DNA from: a virus
Lineage: Duplodnaviria; Heunggongvirae; Uroviricota; Caudoviricetes
Direction: 5' to 3' (one strand)
Length of the DNA: 64,000 bases
IMG/VR virus record: IMGVR_UViG_2721755712_000001
Of the stretch, positions 60,146-64,000 are shown piece by piece. The translations under genes were made by a program, and so were the position numbers. The notes under the pieces are model-generated. The model saw nothing but the letters and a program-made list of their open reading frames with translations. It had not been told where the DNA came from and searched no databases. Each line of letters starts with the position of its first letter. The first letter of the stretch is position 1.

Positions 60146-60712
60146 ATGAGTTGGTTAAAAGAATTATCATTTGTTGACACCACTGGCGCTAAGAAAAATC
60201 ATTCTTTCTGGAAAGTCAGCGATCCTTCTGATTTTCTTGTTGGTGCTAATGCTGCTTTTGAATTGCTTAACTTTTATCAACGTTATCCAGAAATGAAACA
60301 CAGTCCACTCCTGTACAGAATAACAAACGATATGAATAGGTCTGGTTTATTATCAAGTGAGTCAGCGAAAGGCTTTTTTAGCAAAATTACGCCTCACATA
60401 TCATTCGATGCAACAAACGAAATTGATTATCTATCCACGAAATCTCAAGAACAATTATCTGTACCACCTGAGAAAAAAGAAAGACGAATTGCCAGCATTG
60501 AAAATATATCGAAAGAGCTTCGCACAACAACGTTGAGGCTGCTGAACTTTCTTACGCTGCTTAATTGGATAGATGATCAAACATTGATTCCATCAACAGA
60601 TGCGTTGGATAACAGAGTCCTTAGGCTGAACAAAAAATCGCAATTTGGTTTTGTGTTCACCAAAAAAGGTGAAGATTTAATCAAAAGAAAATATAGATTA
60701 TTGAATGATTAA
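60146..60712 (+). CDS. AT-rich hypothetical protein
   Basis: start placed at MSWLKEL after AAAGGAG; the track ORF begins at 60113; low-GC cargo-like composition. Confidence 0.45.
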   Translation: MSWLKELSFVDTTGAKKNHSFWKVSDPSDFLVGANAAFELLNFYQRYPEMKHSPLLYRITNDMNRSGLLSSESAKGFFSKITPHISFDATNEIDYLSTKSQEQLSVPPEKKERRIASIENISKELRTTTLRLLNFLTLLNWIDDQTLIPSTDALDNRVLRLNKKSQFGFVFTKKGEDLIKRKYRLLND

Positions 60713-61001
60713 TAGTCTACATGCAGGTGTATGAGAGCACCTGCATGTGACATTCATCACATTTTTGAATGTATATACCTTCGGCTGAAAAAGATCTTGA
60801 TAGGCTGAATGATATTTGTAGGCTTCGCCTCCGAAGAAATTCGGAGGATATATGCGACAATTTATAAAAACGTGTGACCTAAGAAATATAGTAGATGATA
60901 TTGCATGTGATGAAATTAGCAAAAAAGAGAAGAACAAAAACGCCAATTAACGCTATCTACCTATAAATCTGAAGAGTTCAATAGGATGCATATCTGAAAC
61001 A

Positions 61002-61037
61002 CGCCCTCGACAATACCAAAAAGATTTGTCGAGGGCG
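61002..61037. terminator. hairpin terminator downstream of the lipoprotein gene
   Basis: 10-bp inverted repeat CGCCCTCGAC / GTCGAGGGCG with 16-nt loop. Confidence 0.45.
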
Positions 61038-61096
61038 TCGGGCTTTCCCTATGTCTGAACGATTAAATTTTACAGCAATTAAATATTTTGTATATG

Positions 61097-61897
61097 TTAT
61101 TCTTCTGGTGGCACGACAAAATCATCGAGCTTATTCTTTTCGTCTCGAAGCAACTTGATTTCTTCTTCTGTTATACATTTGTCATAATCTGTTTGTTCAG
61201 AATGGCACAGTGTAACCGCGAATGGATAGCCGGTATAAGACAGTCCCCTAACAGGTTCTAGTTCACCGTTGTCTTTTTTCCTAAATTTGTAAAAGTCAGG
61301 AGTGTCATAATTGGTGACGCTAACAAGAGCATATTTATCATTTTCTCTTGCATACACTTCACTAACACCTCTCGATTCGCCCAACTCTCTACTCACATAT
61401 GTCGAATCACTTGCAGCATCAAACACAGCCTGACCTAATGGAGTTTTTTTTAAATCATCTATTTTCTCTTTTTCCTTCCTGATTTTAGATTCGTTTTCCA
61501 GATAAAGTTTCACACCGTTTTCTTTGCATGCTAGATTTTGGCGTTCAAAACGTAATCGTTCTCTTGCCGAGTTGGTACTTTTATCCATTGTAACGAATAC
61601 AATCGGGTTACGTTCACGAACATCAAAGATGTGCGCATTGAATGCGGTCGCACCTGTATAGGCATTCAAGACGTTTTTGCCATTCACCTCTCCACATACC
61701 ATATATGAATAGCTATTTTCACCTAACTGAATAGCTCGCATATTCGTGAACCGACCAGCATCAGGATCTAGCAGTGTAGAGCGAATATCCTTTTCAACTA
61801 GATCTATGGCTCGCTCTTCGTCAGAATCACAACCTGTTAATAGTAAAGCCGCTATTAACAATGCTAATGAGTATTTTTTATTCACCCCATTCTTCAT
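61097..61897 (-). CDS. AT-rich lipoprotein
   Basis: 266 aa; signal peptide with lipobox LLLTGC (ALLIAALLLTGCDSD). Confidence 0.6.
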   Translation of the reverse strand: MKNGVNKKYSLALLIAALLLTGCDSDEERAIDLVEKDIRSTLLDPDAGRFTNMRAIQLGENSYSYMVCGEVNGKNVLNAYTGATAFNAHIFDVRERNPIVFVTMDKSTNSARERLRFERQNLACKENGVKLYLENESKIRKEKEKIDDLKKTPLGQAVFDAASDSTYVSRELGESRGVSEVYARENDKYALVSVTNYDTPDFYKFRKKDNGELEPVRGLSYTGYPFAVTLCHSEQTDYDKCITEEEIKLLRDEKNKLDDFVVPPEE

Positions 61898-61999
61898 GAA
61901 ACTTATTCCATAATCAATTTTTGGTGGAATGTACGGTTAGTCTGTCTACGCATCATAGAGATGTATATAATGACCAAAAAAGACTTAAAAAGGTAGACT

Positions 62000-62521
62000 A
62001 TGGTTAAAGACATCACCTACGGCATACCGGCTGAAGTCTGGCCGCGAGACTACGAACATGCTGAAAACATACTTATGTTCTGGCGGAAGAACAACATTCC
62101 TGTAAGAGTCACGCTTGAAGACGGTCAGGTGTTTTGCATGTACGTTCAGGGGACAATGCCTTCCCGCAATAAGCTAGATTTATGCCCGCTTCCATATGAT
62201 AAAGAAAATCGTATAAGACTCCCACTTGAGCGCATTAGCACAATTGAATCAGGTGTAATCGATGGCATTGCTCGCGAGTTCAAAGGTAGGCTAACAATAC
62301 ATCCAGACTATGTTGACAATCAGCCATCACGCCGTGACTTTTTTGCGATATGTCGCAAGGCTTATCAAAACGACCAATCTATAAGGGTCTACATGACAGA
62401 CGGTCGTGAAATAGAAGGGGTGTCAAGAGGCGTTGATGCTTGCCAGGTCACTCTTAAGTTAGAAGACGGCAGAAAAATACTTGTTTTCTTCGATTGGGTT
62501 GAACGAATCCTTCCATTTTAA
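62000..62521 (+). CDS. hypothetical protein with internal tandem duplication
   Basis: 173 aa; two similar halves (VRVTLEDGQVFCMYV and VTLKLEDGRKILVFF); followed by a terminator. Confidence 0.45.
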   Translation: MVKDITYGIPAEVWPRDYEHAENILMFWRKNNIPVRVTLEDGQVFCMYVQGTMPSRNKLDLCPLPYDKENRIRLPLERISTIESGVIDGIAREFKGRLTIHPDYVDNQPSRRDFFAICRKAYQNDQSIRVYMTDGREIEGVSRGVDACQVTLKLEDGRKILVFFDWVERILPF

Positions 62522-62533
62522 ATCTATAAGGGT

Positions 62534-62564
62534 AATAACCGGCTAAGCCCGGTTATTATTTTAC
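62534..62564 (+). terminator. Rho-independent terminator
   Basis: TAATAACCGG-CTAAGC-CCGGTTATTA hairpin followed by TTTTAC. Confidence 0.65.
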
Positions 62565-62816
62565 ATGCCATTCGTTTAAAACTCTTTCAATGTCACTCTG
62601 TATAAATATATAAGGTTAAAAGCCCGAATTGATTATTTATTTAGGGAACACCTTCGACGATCTCGCTTTTATTTCTAGGACTTTCATCCCTGCAGAAAAT
62701 TTAAAAAAAATACTTGCAATCTTTTTTCACGTATCGATAATTGAACTCGTCGAAAGCGAGCTAGCTAACGACAGTAAAAAATAAATTCATTTTAATTTTT
62801 CGTAAGGATGTCCATC

Positions 62817-63467
62817 ATGACTAACATTATCATTTCTAAAAAGTCCATCATTGAAGCTGCTGCCATTGTATCCGACGAGCTGCGCGAAAAAGCAGATCTG
62901 GCAACTCAAACATATAACGAACATTATAAAAATGGTACGCACACAAAAGCAGACAAAGCAAATATGCAAGCTGCAACCACTAAACTTGCTTACTTCATCA
63001 ACAACGTTGTAAACGCTGTAGAAGACGAAAAATTGTGCTCTGTTTTCTACTATGCGATCAAAGCAAGCAAACAAGCGCCAGAAGTATTTTTCCGTGATGC
63101 AATGACTAATAGTTATTCTCTGGAAAAACTGGTTTATCTGGTTAAATCCATTAAAGCTGGAAAGTGTGTTTATTCCGTCGCTGATATGTCCGGATCTCGT
63201 GTATTCGCATTAATCGATATGATTAACGACGAGATCGACACGTTCACCAATGGCGCTGTTTTCGATTTAATGAATGAAGCGAAAAAAGCGTGCGAAATTA
63301 AATTGGACGCTGGCTATACTCAAGCCAACCAGTTGATCAATCTTTGCGAACGTCTTGGACTTGTTGAAAAAGTCAAAGGAGCTGGGAGCGCGAAAGCTGG
63401 TACTCAGCAATATCGCTTCATTAAAAATGATTTCTATAACTATCTGGCTGATGCTTTCAAAGCGTAA
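62817..63467 (+). CDS. hypothetical protein
   Basis: start taken at the second ATG with better spacing from TAAGGA; the track ORF begins at 62808. Confidence 0.45.
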   Translation: MTNIIISKKSIIEAAAIVSDELREKADLATQTYNEHYKNGTHTKADKANMQAATTKLAYFINNVVNAVEDEKLCSVFYYAIKASKQAPEVFFRDAMTNSYSLEKLVYLVKSIKAGKCVYSVADMSGSRVFALIDMINDEIDTFTNGAVFDLMNEAKKACEIKLDAGYTQANQLINLCERLGLVEKVKGAGSAKAGTQQYRFIKNDFYNYLADAFKA

Positions 63468-63480
63468 TTAATGGAATCTT

Positions 63481-63501
63481 GCGCCCACTATGGGCGCTTT
63501 T
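63481..63501 (+). terminator. hairpin terminator/attenuator
   Basis: GCGCCCA-CTA-TGGGCGC followed by TTTT, between two co-oriented genes. Confidence 0.6.
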
Positions 63502-63514
63502 AAGGAGCTTAATC

Positions 63515-63745
63515 ATGTTTATTCTTATCGCTGGCGTTAACGTACGTAATGAATATTTTGTCAATCGCATCGCTGGGATCGCTGGTTACGCTGGGCGCGC
63601 AGTCGAGTTTATCGATGAAACGACGCGCAAAATTGACTTATTGAGCGACCAGGAGCGAAAAAAAGCAGACGTGAATGACGCTGATATATTTTTAATGTTA
63701 AAAGCGTTTGTAGAAATGGGATTTGAAATCAGTTTACATAAATAA
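63515..63745 (+). CDS. hypothetical small protein
   Basis: start at MFILIAGVNV preceded by TAAGGAG; the track ORF start at 63479 would overlap the upstream terminator. Confidence 0.45.
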   Translation: MFILIAGVNVRNEYFVNRIAGIAGYAGRAVEFIDETTRKIDLLSDQERKKADVNDADIFLMLKAFVEMGFEISLHK

Positions 63746-63751
63746 AATCGA

Positions 63752-63775
63752 GCGCCCACTATGGGCGCTTTTTTC
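63752..63775 (+). terminator. Rho-independent terminator
   Basis: second exact copy of GCGCCCACTATGGGCGC followed by TTTTTT. Confidence 0.65.
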
Positions 63776-63798
63776 GTTTCCAATACTTCCACCATAAC

Positions 63799-63821
63799 GC
63801 GCCAATGATGGCGCTTTTTTT
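63799..63821 (+). terminator. Rho-independent terminator
   Basis: GCGCCA-ATGA-TGGCGC hairpin followed by TTTTTTT. Confidence 0.6.
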
Positions 63822-64000
63822 ATTGTCTTTGACTCAAGCCAACAACATAAAAATAAGCGCCAAAATAACGCCATAGACGCGCTTTTATATCCTTACCAGT
63901 ACATACCCATTACTTAGCGCATTAACGCGCTTAAATCGCGTTATATTGCGTTATGGTGTATGGTTAATCATTGGCTTTTATTCTTGCTATGTGATCCGCG

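Overview
This 64 kb window reads as a near-complete tailed-phage genome with plasmid-maintenance functions, i.e. a phage-plasmid-like element; almost all genes are on the minus strand. From left to right: a cold-shock protein gene; a replication module (DnaE-like polymerase, CobS/CobT-like pair, DNA ligase, DnaG-like primase, DnaB-like helicase); an HTH regulator and tyrosine recombinase; a glutaredoxin; an AT-rich HEPN-motif gene; four minus-strand tRNAs (Ser, Thr, Tyr, Asn); an IS21-family (IS100-like) insertion with 5-bp target duplication splitting a phage gene; a GIY-YIG protein; ParA/RHH partition genes; a GNAT/RHH toxin-antitoxin pair; a lysis cassette; a lambda-like tail module (fibre, J, I, K, L, M, tape measure, G/G-T, V); head genes; portal and terminase. 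Upstream of the terminase lies an uncharacterised operon (two ParB-like proteins, a small ABC-type ATPase, a GNAT-motif protein, a winged-helix-like protein), my best candidate for an undescribed system, followed by an SF2 helicase and AT-rich cargo genes. A dyad motif (core TAAGTA..TACTTA) recurs at about 15 gene junctions, including two identical 55-bp palindromes. All calls rest on motif and architecture recognition by eye; no database search was run.
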